From Octopus sinensis (Eukaryota): 64,000 bases of DNA. Each line of letters begins with the position of its first letter. Within the stretch, counting starts at the first letter, position 1. The translations under genes were made by a program, and so were the position numbers. Shown piece after piece: positions 53,301 to 64,000 of this stretch. The stretch covers positions 11,842,001 through 11,906,000 of the forward strand of contig NC_043025.1 of NCBI RefSeq assembly GCF_006345805.1, given 5' to 3'. The notes beneath the pieces were generated by a model. It worked only from the letters and a program-made list of their open reading frames with translations, ran no database searches and was not told where the DNA came from.

Positions 53301-56300
53301 ATTTTGCGTCTGCGCAGAGATTTGAAAAGTTAAGATCTGCTAGTAGTCGGATGTAACATATAGTCCCACATCGCTGCAGACCTCGATTAAATTCAGGCGA
53401 CTCGCTGATGAAGCTGGCCTTAGCAAACATATTCTGTGTTTTGCTAGAAAGAAGCAGAAACCGCGGTACGAGTTGTTAAGTTATCGGTAAACGTTTTTGA
53501 TTTTCACTCTCGATAAATTCATCCCCTTTTTATGTTCCCAGCACTCGGCATCTTTATTTAGGAGCCCTTAATTGTATAACTACATGAATAATATTTTTCT
53601 ATATGAATAATATTTTTGTCTTATGACTAATTCGTCTTTTGTGCTGGGCACCTGGTAGTAAATAATATTACTACCCTTCTTGTTTATATTCGCATACTAC
53701 ATGATGAATTTATTCGTAAAATTCTTCCCGGCATGCCCGTGTAAATTTTGCGTCTGCGCAGAGATTTGAAAAGTTAAGATCTGCTAGTAGTCGGATGTAA
53801 CATATAGTCCCACATCGCTGCAGACCTCGATTAAATTCAGGCGACTCGCTGATGAAGCTGGCCTTAGCAAACATATTCTGTGTTTTGCTAGAAAGAAGCA
53901 GAAACCGCGGTACGAGTTGTTAAAGTTATCGGTAAACGTTTTTGATTTTCACTCTCGATAAATTCATCCCCTTTTTATGTTCCCAGCACTCGGCATCTTT
54001 ATTTAGGAGCCCTTAATTGTATAACTACATGAATAATATTTTTCTATATGAATAATATTTTTGTCTTATGACTAATTCGTCTTTTGTGCTGGGCACCTGG
54101 TAGTAAATAATATTACTACCCTTCTTGTTTATATTCGCATACTACATGATGAATTTATTCGTAAAATTCTTCCCGGCATGCCCGTGTAAATTTTGCGTCT
54201 GCGCAGAGATTTGAAAAGTTAAGATCTGCTAGTAGTCGGATGTAACATATAGTCCCACATCGCTGCAGACCTCGATTAAATTCAGGCGACTCGCTGATGA
54301 AGCTGGCCTTAGCAAACATATTCTGTGTTTTGCTAGAAAGAAGCAGAAACCGCGGTACGAGTTGTTAAAGTTATCGGTAAACGTTTTTGATTTTCACTCT
54401 CGATAAATTCATCCCCTTTTTATGTTCCCAGCACTCGGCATCTTTATTTAGGAGCCCTTAATTGTATAACTACATGAATAATATTTTTCTATATGAATAA
54501 TATTTTTGTCTTATGACTAATTCGTCTTTTGTGCTGGGCACCTGGTAGTAAATAATATTACTACCCTTCTTGTTTATATTCGCATACTACATGATGAATT
54601 TATTCGTAAAATTCTTCCCGGCATGCCCGTGTAAATTTTGCGTCTGCGCAGAGATTTGAAAAGTTAAGATCTGCTAGTAGTCGGATGTAACATATAGTCC
54701 CACATCGCTGCAGACCTCGATTAAATTCAGGCGACTCGCTGATGAAGCTGGCCTTAGCAAACATATCTGTGTTTTGCTAGAAAGAAGCAGAAACCGCGGT
54801 ACGAGTTGTTAAAGTTATCGGTAAACGTTTTTTGATTTTCACTCTCGATAAATTCATCCCCTTTTTATGTTCCCAGCACTCGGCATCTTTATTTAGGAGC
54901 CCTTAATTGTATAACTACATGAATAATATTTTTCTATATGAATAATATTTTTGTCTTATGACTAATTCGTCTTTTGTGCTGGGCACCTGGTAGTAAATAA
55001 TATTACTACCCTTCTTGTTTATATTCGCATACTACATGATGAATTTATTCGTAAAATTCTTCCCGGCATGCCCGTGTAAATTTTGCGTCTGCGCAGAGAT
55101 TTGAAAAGTTAAGATCTGCTAGTAGTCGGATGTAACATATAGTCCCACATCGCTGCAGACCTCGATTAAATTCAGGCGACTCGCTGATGAAGCTGGCCTT
55201 AGCAAACATATTCTGTGTTTTGCTAGAAAGAAGCAGAAACCGCGGTACGAGTTGTTAAAGTTATCGGTAAACGTTTTTGATTTTCACTCTCGATAAATTC
55301 ATCCCCTTTTTATGTTCCCAGCACTCGGCATCTTTATTTAGGAGCCCTTAATTGTATAACTACATGAATAATTTTTCTATATGAATATATTTTTGTCTTA
55401 TGACTAATTCGTCTTTTGTGCTGGGCACCTGGTAGTAAATAATATTACTACCCTTCTTGTTTATATTCGCATACTACATGATGAATTTATTCGTAAAATT
55501 CTTCCCGGCATGCCCGTGTAAATTTTGCGTCTGCGCAGAGATTTGAAAAGTTAAGATCTGCTAGTAGTCGGATGTAACATATAGTCCCACATCGCTGCAG
55601 ACCTCGATTAAATTCAGGCGACTCGCTGATGAAGCTGGCCTTAGCAAACATATTCTGTGTTTTGCTAGAAAGAAGCAGAAACCGCGGTACGAGTTGTTAA
55701 AGTTATCGGTAAACGTTTTTTGATTTTCACTCTCGATAAATTCATCCCCTTTTTATGTTCCCAGCACTCGGCATCTTATTTAGGAGCCCTTAATTGTATA
55801 ACTACATGAATAATATTTTTCTATATGAATAATATTTTTGTCTTATGACTAATTCGTCTTTTGTGCTGGGCACCTGGTAGTAAATATATTACTACCCTTC
55901 TTGTTTATATTCGCATACTACATGATGAATTTATTCGTAAAATTCTTCCCGGCATGCCCGTGTAAATTTTGCGTCTGCGCAGAGATTTGAAAAGTTAAGA
56001 TCTGCTAGTAGTCGGATGTAACATATAGTCCCACATCGCTGCAGACCTCGATTAAATTCAGGCGACTCGCTGATGAAGCTGGCCTTAGCAACATATTCTG
56101 TGTTTTGCTAGAAAGAAGCAGAAACCGCGGTACGAGTTGTTAAAGTTATCGGTAAACGTTTTTGATTTTCACTCTCGATAAATTCATCCCCTTTTATGTT
56201 CCCAGCACTCGGCATCTTTATTTAGGAGCCCTTAATTGTATAACTACATGAATAATATTTTTCTATATGAATAATATTTTTGTCTTATGACTAATTCGTC

Positions 56301-58441
56301 TTTTGTGCTGGGCACCTGGTAGTAAATAATATTACTACCCTTCTTGTTTATATTCGCATACTACATGATGAATTTATTCGTAAAATTCTTCCGGCATGCC
56401 CGTGTAAATTTTGCGTCTGCGCAGAGATTTGAAAAGTTAAGATCTGCTAGTAGTCGGATGTAACATATAGTCCCACATCGCTGCAGACCTCGATTAAATT
56501 CAGGCGACTCGCTGATGAAGCTGGCCTTAGCAAACATATTCTGTGTTTTGCTAGAAAGAAGCAGAACCGCGGTACGAGTTGTTAAGTTATCGGTAAACGT
56601 TTTTGATTTTCACTCTCGATAATTCATCCCCTTTTTATGTTCCCAGCACTCGGCATCTTATTTAGGAGCCCTTAATTGTATAACTACATGAATAATTTTT
56701 CTATATGAATAATATTTTTGTCTTATGACTAATTCGTCTTTTGTGCTGGCACCTGGTAGTAAATAATATTACTACCCTTCTTGTTTATATTCGCATACTA
56801 CATGATGAATTTATTCGTAAAATTCTTCCGGCATGCCCGTGTAAATTTTGCGTCTGCGCAGAGATTTGAAAAGTTAAGATCTGCTAGTAGTCGGATGTAA
56901 CATATAGTCCCACATCGCTGCAGACCTCGATTAAATTCAGGCGACTCGCTGATGAAGCTGGCCTTAGCAAACATATTCTGTGTTTTGCTAGAAAGAAGCA
57001 GAAACCGCGGTACGAGTTGTTAAGTTATCGGTAAACGTTTTTGATTTTCACTCTCGATAAATTCATCCCCTTTTTATGTTCCCAGCACTCGGCATCTTTA
57101 TTTAGGAGCCCTTAATTGTATAACTACATGAATAATATTTTTCTATATGAATAATATTTTTGTCTTATGACTAATTCGTCTTTTGTGCTGGGCACCTGGT
57201 AGTAAATAATATTACTACCCTTCTTGTTTATATTCGCATACTACATGATGAATTTATTCGTAAAATTCTTCCCGGCATGCCCGTGTAAATTTTGCGTCTG
57301 CGCAGAGATTTGAAAAGTTAAGATCTGCTAGTAGTCGGATGTAACATATAGTCCCACATCGCTGCAGACCTCGATTAATTCAGGCGACTCGCTGATGAAG
57401 CTGGCCTTAGCAACATATTCTGTGTTTTGCTAGAAAGAAGCAGAAACCGCGGTACGAGTTGTTAAAGTTATCGGTAACGTTTTTGATTTTCACTCTCGAT
57501 AAATTCATCCCCTTTTTATGTTCCCAGCACTCGGCATCTTTATTTAGGAGCCCTTAATTGTATAACTACATGAATAATATTTTTCTATATGAATAATATT
57601 TTTGTCTTATGACTAATTCGTCTTTTGTGCTGGGCACCTGGTAGTAAATAATATTACTACCCTTCTTGTTTATATTCGCATACTACATGATGAATTTATT
57701 CGTAAAATTCTTCCCGGCATGCCCGTGTAAATTTTGCGTCTGCGCAGAGATTTGAAAAGTTAAGATCTGCTAGTAGTCGGATGTAACATATAGTCCCACA
57801 TCGCTGCAGACCTCGATTAATTCAGGCGACTCGCTGATGAAGCTGCCTTAGCAAACATATTCTGTGTTTTGCTAGAAAGAAGCAGAAACCGCGGTACGAG
57901 TTGTTAAAGTTATCGGTAACGTTTTTGATTTTCACTCTCGATAAATCATCCCCTTTTTATGTTCCCAGCACTCGGCATCTTTATTTAGGAGCCCTTAATT
58001 GTATAACTACATGAATAATATTTTTCTATATGAATAATATTTTTGTCTTATGACTAATTCGTCTTTTGTGCTGGGCACCTGGTAGTAAATAATATTACTA
58101 CCCTTCTTGTTTATATTCGCATACTACATGATGAATTTATTCGTAAAATTCTTCCCGCATGCCCGTGTAAATTTTGCGTCTGCGCAGAGATTTGAAAAGT
58201 TAAGATCTGCTAGTAGTCGGATGTAACATATAGTCCCACATCGCTGCAGACCTCGATTAAATTCAGGCGACTCGCTGATGAAGCTGGCCTTAGCAAACAT
58301 ATTCTGTGTTTTGCTAGAAAGAAGCAGAAACCGCGGTACGAGTTGTTAAAGTTATCGGTAAACGTTTTTGATTTTCACTCTCGATAAATTCATCCCCTTT
58401 TTATGTTCCCAGCACTCGGCATCTTTATTTAGGAGCCCTTA

Positions 58442-58446
<5 letters not shown>
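50314..58446. repeat. 445-bp satellite, about 18 near-identical monomers in two divergent blocks, each monomer with a type I hammerhead ribozyme
   Basis: Period 440-449 bp; block 50314-51509 in one orientation and 51513-58446 in the other; monomers differ mainly by homopolymer indels; no spacers. Confidence 0.95.
52060..52139 (+). ncRNA. Type I hammerhead ribozyme motif, representative copy of the satellite
   Basis: Helix I GCGACUCG/CGAGUUGU, core CUGAUGA (52068-52074), long helix II, GAAA (52120-52123), palindromic helix III ACCGCGGU, cleavage triplet GUA (52129-52131). Confidence 0.8.
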
Positions 58447-58485
<39 letters not shown>

Positions 58486-59598
58486 ATATACGACGGGCTT
58501 CTTTCAGTTTCCGTCTACCAAATCCACTGACAAGGCTTTGTTCGGCCCGAGGCTATAGTAGAAGACACTTGCCCAAAGCGACATGCAGTGGGACTGAACT
58601 CGGAACCATGTGGTTGGTAAACAAGCTACTTACCACACAGCCACTCCTGCACCTATATATATCTACAAAATGTGTCAGTCCCCTTTTAAAAGATTACCTT
58701 GTGATTTGAAGACGATCTGGATCACAGGCCTCGCTTAACCTTTTAGCATTTAAACCAGCCATATCCGGCCAAAAGTATTCAGCCTGTTTTATGTTCAAAC
58801 TGGCCAGATCTGGTCTCTCACACCAACCCTACAATATCGTTTTCAAAATTAACAGCTACCTCATCCAAAATCTCATAGCTACAAGATAATGCATGATTAG
58901 TTCAAAACAATGAGAATAAATAAGCATATTTATATATATATAGGCATAGAAGTGGCTGTGTGGTAAGTAGCTTGCTTACCAACCACATGGTTCCGGGTTC
59001 AGTCCCACTGCGTGGCACCTTGGGCAGGTGTCTTCTACTATAGCCTCGGGCTGACCAAAGCCTTGTGAGTGGATTTGGTAGATGGAAACTGAAAGAAGCC
59101 CGTCGTATATATGTATATATATATATATATGCGTGCGTGTGTTTGTCCCCCTAGCATTGCTTGACAACCGATGCCGGTGTGTTTATGTCCCCCGTCACTT
59201 GGGCAAGTGTCTTCTACTATAGCCTCGGCTGACCAAAGCCTTGTGAGTGGATTTGGTAGACGGAAACTGAAAGAAGCTCGTCGTATATATGTATATGTAT
59301 ATATGCGTGTGTTTGTTTGTCTGTGTTTGTCCCCCTAGCATTGCTTGACAACCAATGCTGGTGTGTTTATGTCCCCGCTACTTAGTGGTTCGGCAAAAGA
59401 GAACCGATAGAATAAGTACTGGGCTTACAAAAAAGAATAAGTTCCGGGGTCGAGTTGCTCGATTAAAGGCGGTGCTCCAGCATGGCCGCAGTCAAATGAC
59501 TGAAACAAGTAAAAGAGTAGAATAATGTGAACACTAAAGGGTTAAAATTGTGTCGTGTAACTGGTAGGGTGAGAAAATACTAAGTGTTATGTACGTAC

Positions 59599-59801
59599 CC
59601 GTCCGTCTCCGCATCACCTTGCGAGGGGTCGGCGTCCGTTTAACTCTTTCCCGTACCTGAAGTCTCCTATTTGCTATGGTACTGATGATGTGGTCGATGC
59701 TGACATCGTCTTGAAGGGCTCCATCGAGTCTCTGGCCACTTGCCGGTCCCTTATTTGACCGAACAACAGAGTAGCGACGGAGGAAGTCCGCATAAGTCAT
59801 C
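59599..59801 (-). CDS. MYO19: Next myosin exon (end of motor domain plus variable insert)
   Basis: tttcag acceptor completes R then MTYADFLRRY (myosin RxxxxxFxxRY motif); donor gtacgt after 59599 (phase 1) or alternative gtacgg after 59657 (phase 0). Confidence 0.75.
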
Positions 59802-59858
59802 CTGAAATAGATATTTATTTAGAACAGTTTGGTGTGGATTTGGTTTGCAAGATTCTTT

Positions 59859-60272
59859 GGATCATTTCGGTTTGAACGGCAGTTTTTTTAAATAATTTCC
59901 ACGTAACTAAACACTTTTAAACTTCGTATACTGGTAGGATGTGTTTATAAAACATCTTTTTCTCTTGGCTTTATTGAGAAAATTCTATAGTTTGTAAGAT
60001 ATTTGTTGTTTTTTTCTTAAATTTCTGCAATTTCAACCAATCAATGACGTCTATTGAGGTAAAAAAAAAAACATTCTGTACCGTATGAATATGACCCTCG
60101 TTTAAGAAACAGATTGGGTTTATTTACATTTCTGAAGAGAAAAGATACCCTTCCCCCACCCCTAACCCTAAAACAGATTGAAATGCAAAAGATCGATACT
60201 AGGGTCATAATTATGGGTGACAATTTCATATGACACCGCTAGGAAAAACTGCCGTTCAAACTGAAAAGATCC
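59859..60272. mobile_element. MITE with about 28-bp TIRs and 8-bp TSD (Merlin-like, GG-initial TIR)
   Basis: GGATC..TTCGGTTTGAACGGCAGTTTTT / AAAAACTGCCGTTCAAACTGAAAAGATCC; GATTCTTT on both flanks; partial tandem copies at about 20930-21365 and 35440-35825. Confidence 0.75.
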
Positions 60273-61343
60273 GATTCTTTATATGAGTTCGTGTGTTGAA
60301 GCATATTCTGTTGTGTCTGGGGAGAGTCATTTTCTTTTGGTGCCTTATTATGTAACACACTCACCGGTAAAATTTCCACTTATTTCTTATTTTTATTTTC
60401 CTAAAATTTTCGTTGTGTCTTGCAACCTTTTCAATAGTTTTGACTCAAAAACTATTGCAAAGGTTGCAAGACTCAACGAAAATTTTAGAAAAATAAATAA
60501 GTAAATGAGTGGAAATTTTACCGGTGAGTGTGTTAAATTATAAGGTACAAAAAGAAAATGACTCTCCCCAGACACAACAGTTTGGTGTGGGCTGTGTTGG
60601 TTAAGAGGTTTACTTTCTAAGCATGGAGGTTAGGGTTTAGTCCGACCGCATGACACATGAGAAGAATGTTTTCTACTAATGCCTTGCGTTGGGTTGACCA
60701 AATGCTTGTGAGAGGACCTGATAGATGTAAACTGGAAGAAGCCTGTTATGTATATATATATACAGGAGTGGCTGTGTGGTAAGTAGCTTGCTAACCAACC
60801 ACATGGTTCTGGTTCAGTCTCACTGCGTGGCATCTTGGGCAAGTGTCTTCTGCTACAGCCCCGGGCCGACCAATGCCTTGTGAGTGGATTTGGTAGACGG
60901 AAACTGAAAGAAGCCCTCGTATATATGTATATGTGTGTTTGTGTGTCTGTGTTTGTCCCCCCCCAAATCGCTTGACAACCGATGCTGGTGTGTTACGTCC
61001 CCGTCACTTAGCGGTTCGGCAAAAGAGCCCGATAGAATAAGTACTGGGCTTACAAAGAATAAGTCCCGGGGTCGATTTGCTCGACTAAAGGCGGTGCTCC
61101 CGCATGGCCGCAGTCAAATGACTGAAACAAGTAAAAGAGTAAGAGTAAAAGAGAGAGAGTATATATATATAATATATATATACAAAATTTAAAGGACTGA
61201 CCACTAAAAGTGGACGGTCAACATGCTAGATATAGACGTCAAATCGCTATTTTCCACAAAGAGTATGTTCTGAAATAAAAACTCAGCACAAAACTAAAGC
61301 ATTAAACAAGACAAATGAAAATATACGAAATAAAAATAATTAC

Positions 61344-61408
61344 CCATGTACTGAATCAGTTTCAATTATTATTATCTGCAAGGATAAACTGTAATCTCGT
61401 CAGCATGG
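61344..61408 (-). ncRNA. Type I hammerhead ribozyme motif with intact core, sense strand of the myosin intron
   Basis: CCAUG-CUGACGA-GAUU...AAUU-GAAA-CUGAUUCA-GUA-CAUGG; helix III can close with 4 bp and a 3-nt loop. Confidence 0.75.
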
Positions 61409-61803
61409 TCTGTTATATAAAATACAATTTGCTGGACTAGATGCAAAAAACAATTGACCGGAGTCTCGCATGCATGGAGTCCAACCAAACTTTTATTTCG
61501 TATATTTTCATTTGTCTTGTTTAATGCTTTAGTTTTGTGCTGAGTCTTTATTTGAGAACATACTCTTTGTGGAAAATAGCGATTTGACATCTATATCTAG
61601 CATGTTGACCGTCCACTTTTAGTGGTCAGTCCTTTAAATTTTGTATGTAAAAAATATTTTAATCTTCGGATTCTTTTTAATATGCTGGGCCACTGGTCTT
61701 AATTAATTAACATCAATTTCTACCCTTATTAAATTTTCATATATATATATATATATATATATGAAAGAATGGAGTTGAACGACGAATTAACAAAATTCCT
61801 TTA

Positions 61804-61884
61804 TTTTCGACATGTTTCAAAGGCTGCATATTCCTAATTGTGAAGGAATAAGGAGTACATTATGCCGCTTTCTCATCAGGAAAA
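61804..61884 (-). ncRNA. Type I hammerhead ribozyme motif, sense strand of the myosin intron
   Basis: UUUUC-CUGAUGA-long helix II-GAAA-CAU-GUC-GAAAA; helix III palindrome ACAUGU. Confidence 0.65.
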
Positions 61885-62084
61885 GCAAGGAACTTATGTC
61901 AACATCAAAATGCACAAAAAACCTTTTAGATGATTGCTCACATGGAGCCCTTGGCATATAGCTTCAACCGTGTTTTTCTGACGTGAATTTGCTACCCAGG
62001 TATCGGTTAATTCGAATTATCCATAATAAGATAATTCATTCAACTACCCAAATATATATATATATATCAGTACCAAACACTGAC

Positions 62085-62263
62085 CTGACAGGGTGACCTT
62101 GGTGACTAATCTCCACTGTTTCCAAAATCCCACTGGCCTTTAGCTGAGACATCATAAACAGTCGGTCAAATTTATTGGGGACACAGTCCTTGTTTGGTTT
62201 CAGGCAGCGAACATAGTGGACATCTGAGGCATTTAGTGACAGCATCAGTTGATCAAGAGAGGT
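62085..62263 (-). CDS. MYO19: Unconventional myosin motor-domain exon, myosin XIX-like
   Basis: ttccag/gtcagt; TSLDQLMLSLNASDVHYVRCLKPNK...SQLKASGILETVEISHQGHPV(R) has the myosin HYVRCxKPN motif; G-x-x-E-T-x-x-I-S-x-x-G-x-P-x-R recalls class XIX; phase 0-2. Confidence 0.8.
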
Positions 62264-62410
62264 CTGGAAGATAATAATAATAATAATAATAATAATTTCA
62301 GATTATTCGATCAAAATGTGATGCTTATTTATTCACCTGGGTTTGAATTAATCATGCAATGTCCAATAACTTTGTGATTTCAATGATGTGATTGTGTATT
62401 TGTATTTCTA

Positions 62411-62978
62411 TTGGGTTGTCCGGAAAGTTCGTGCCGATTTATAGTAGCTTACCTTTCGACTTATTCTAGAAGATGGTTGAGTCCATAAAATAGGATTTGA
62501 CTCCACCTCCATTTAGAGCACAGTTTAAGCTATCTTTTCGTGGAAGAAGGTTTATGTTCCTATAACCTGTGTTAATTCTGTAACCCTTTAAAATGGAAGA
62601 TAATAAAGTCCATTTTCAGCATTTGATGCTTTGGGAACCAGACAAAAATTGCTGCAGCTCGGCTGCGATGTGTTACCCCACCCGTCCATATTCACCAGAT
62701 ATTGCTCCTTCGGATTTCCACTTATTCAGGTCTCTGCAGAATAGTCTTAAACGTAAAAATTTCAATTCCTTGGATGACGTAAAAAGATACCTTGATGAAT
62801 TCTTTGCCATGAAACCATCTCAATTCTGGGAAGAGGGTATTTTCAAGTTAAAGGAAAGATGGAGACGCATTGTGCAACAAAATGGTTCACATTTGGTTGA
62901 TTAAAAAATGTAATGGCAAGTATTTATTGACCTTTTTCTTTCCTTTAAAAATCAGCACAAACTTTCTGGACAACCCAA
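62411..62978 (+). mobile_element. Non-autonomous mariner deletion derivative
   Basis: TIRs TTGGGTTGTCCGGAAAGTT / AACTTTCTGGACAACCCAA, TA flanks, transposase remnant PYSPDIAPSDFHLFRSLQN...GIFKLKERW. Confidence 0.9.
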
Positions 62979-63416
62979 TAGAATGATATTGTAGGGTATG
63001 TGGGAGAAGTTGGATCTACCCAGTTTGAACCTAAAACTGGTTGAATATTTAGACCTGATATGACTGCTTTACATCATCACCATTGTTTAACGTCCGCCTT
63101 CCATGCTGGCATGGGTTGGACGATTTGACTGAGGGCTGGCGAACCAGAAGGCTGCACCAGGCTCCAATCTTGATCTGGCAGAGTTTCTACAGCTGGATGC
63201 CCTTCCTAACGCCAACCACTCTGTGAGTGTAGTGGGTGCTTTTTACGTGCCACCGGCATGGGGGCCAGTCAGGTGGTACTGGCAACGGCAACGCTCAAAT
63301 TGTGTTTTTTATGTGCCACCAGCACAGGGGCGGCACTGGCAATGACTTTGCTCAAATGTTGTTTTTCACGTGCCACCAGCACAAGTGCCAGTAAGGCGAC
63401 GCTGGTAACATATATG

Positions 63417-63498
63417 GCTGTGGTGGCCGAGTGGTTACGGCATTGGACTTGAAATCCAATGGGTTATACCCGCGCAGGTTCAAATCCTGTCCGCAGCG
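63417..63498 (+). tRNA. tRNA-Ser(TGA): tRNA-Ser (anticodon TGA), 82 nt with long variable arm
   Basis: Acceptor stem GCTGTGG/CCGCAGC, discriminator G, A-box TGGCCGAGTGG, anticodon arm TTGGA-CTTGAAA-TCCAA, B-box GGTTCAAATCC, T-run downstream. Confidence 0.9.
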
Positions 63499-63621
63499 AT
63501 TTAGTTTTCTGGGCTTACAAAGAATAAGTCCCGGGGTCGAGTTGCTCGACTAAAGGCGGTGCTCCAGCATGGCCACAGTCAAATGACTGAAACAAGTAAA
63601 AGAGTAAAAGAGCATATATAT

Positions 63622-63624
63622 ATT

Positions 63625-63655
<31 letters not shown>

Positions 63656-63738
63656 GATAGATAGATAGATAGATAGATAGATGGATGGATGGATGGATAG
63701 ATAGATAGATAGATAGATGGATGGATGGATGGATGGAG

Positions 63739-63822
<84 letters not shown>

Positions 63823-63850
63823 TGTAGATAGATAGATAGATAGATAGATG

Positions 63851-63889
<39 letters not shown>

Positions 63890-63914
63890 GGATAGATAGA
63901 TAGATAGATAGATG

Positions 63915-63945
<31 letters not shown>

Positions 63946-63958
63946 GGATAGATAGATG

Positions 63959-64000
<42 letters not shown>
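63622..64000. repeat. (GATA)n/(GGAT)n microsatellite
   Basis: Runs to the window end. Confidence 0.98.

Noticed and set aside
50314-58446. CRISPR-like or rDNA/snRNA tandem array
   Set aside because: No unique spacers, no cas genes, eukaryotic context; I see no 5S, SL or U-snRNA motifs in the monomer.
58698-58716. 19-nt mini-exon candidate (ccag|...|gtaatc) downstream of the myosin exon
   Set aside because: No polypyrimidine tract, not frame-preserving, abuts a MITE end.
60310-60577. Long fold-back as another ribozyme element
   Set aside because: Near-perfect inverted repeat but no CUGANGA core found on either strand; treated as a MITE.

Overview
Eukaryotic, AT-rich, microsatellite- and SINE-dense animal DNA; the repeat families resemble those of octopus (inference, not checked). 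Host genes read by hand from splice sites: 10 coding exons forming the 3' part of a cathepsin A-like serine carboxypeptidase (+, 1910-19220); a CD225/dispanin-family membrane protein ORF present twice in a 1.5-kb tandem duplication (+, 30473-30946 and 31986-32459); the last two exons of a fructosamine-3-kinase-like gene (-, 44771-44945 and 39335-39446); two motor-domain exons of a myosin XIX-like gene (-, 62085-62263 and 59599-59801); and a tRNA-Ser(TGA) at 63417-63498. There is a 100-N gap at 45760-45859. The main hidden signal is a set of type I hammerhead ribozyme (HHR) motifs. The 445-bp satellite at 50.3-58.4 kb carries one HHR per monomer (16 on +, 3 on -) with a palindromic helix III (ACCGCGGU) and a GUA cleavage triplet. 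The array is split into two divergent blocks whose 3' ends both run into (TA)n, which fits a retrozyme or Penelope-like origin by reverse transcription of a self-cleaving, possibly circular RNA. About nine more HHR or HHR-like motifs of different sequence families lie outside the array, mostly in fold-back elements, nearly all with a different palindromic helix III; three lie in sense orientation in host-gene introns. Cleavage activity, expression and novelty are untested. Most long ORFs in the supplied track are repeat artefacts.
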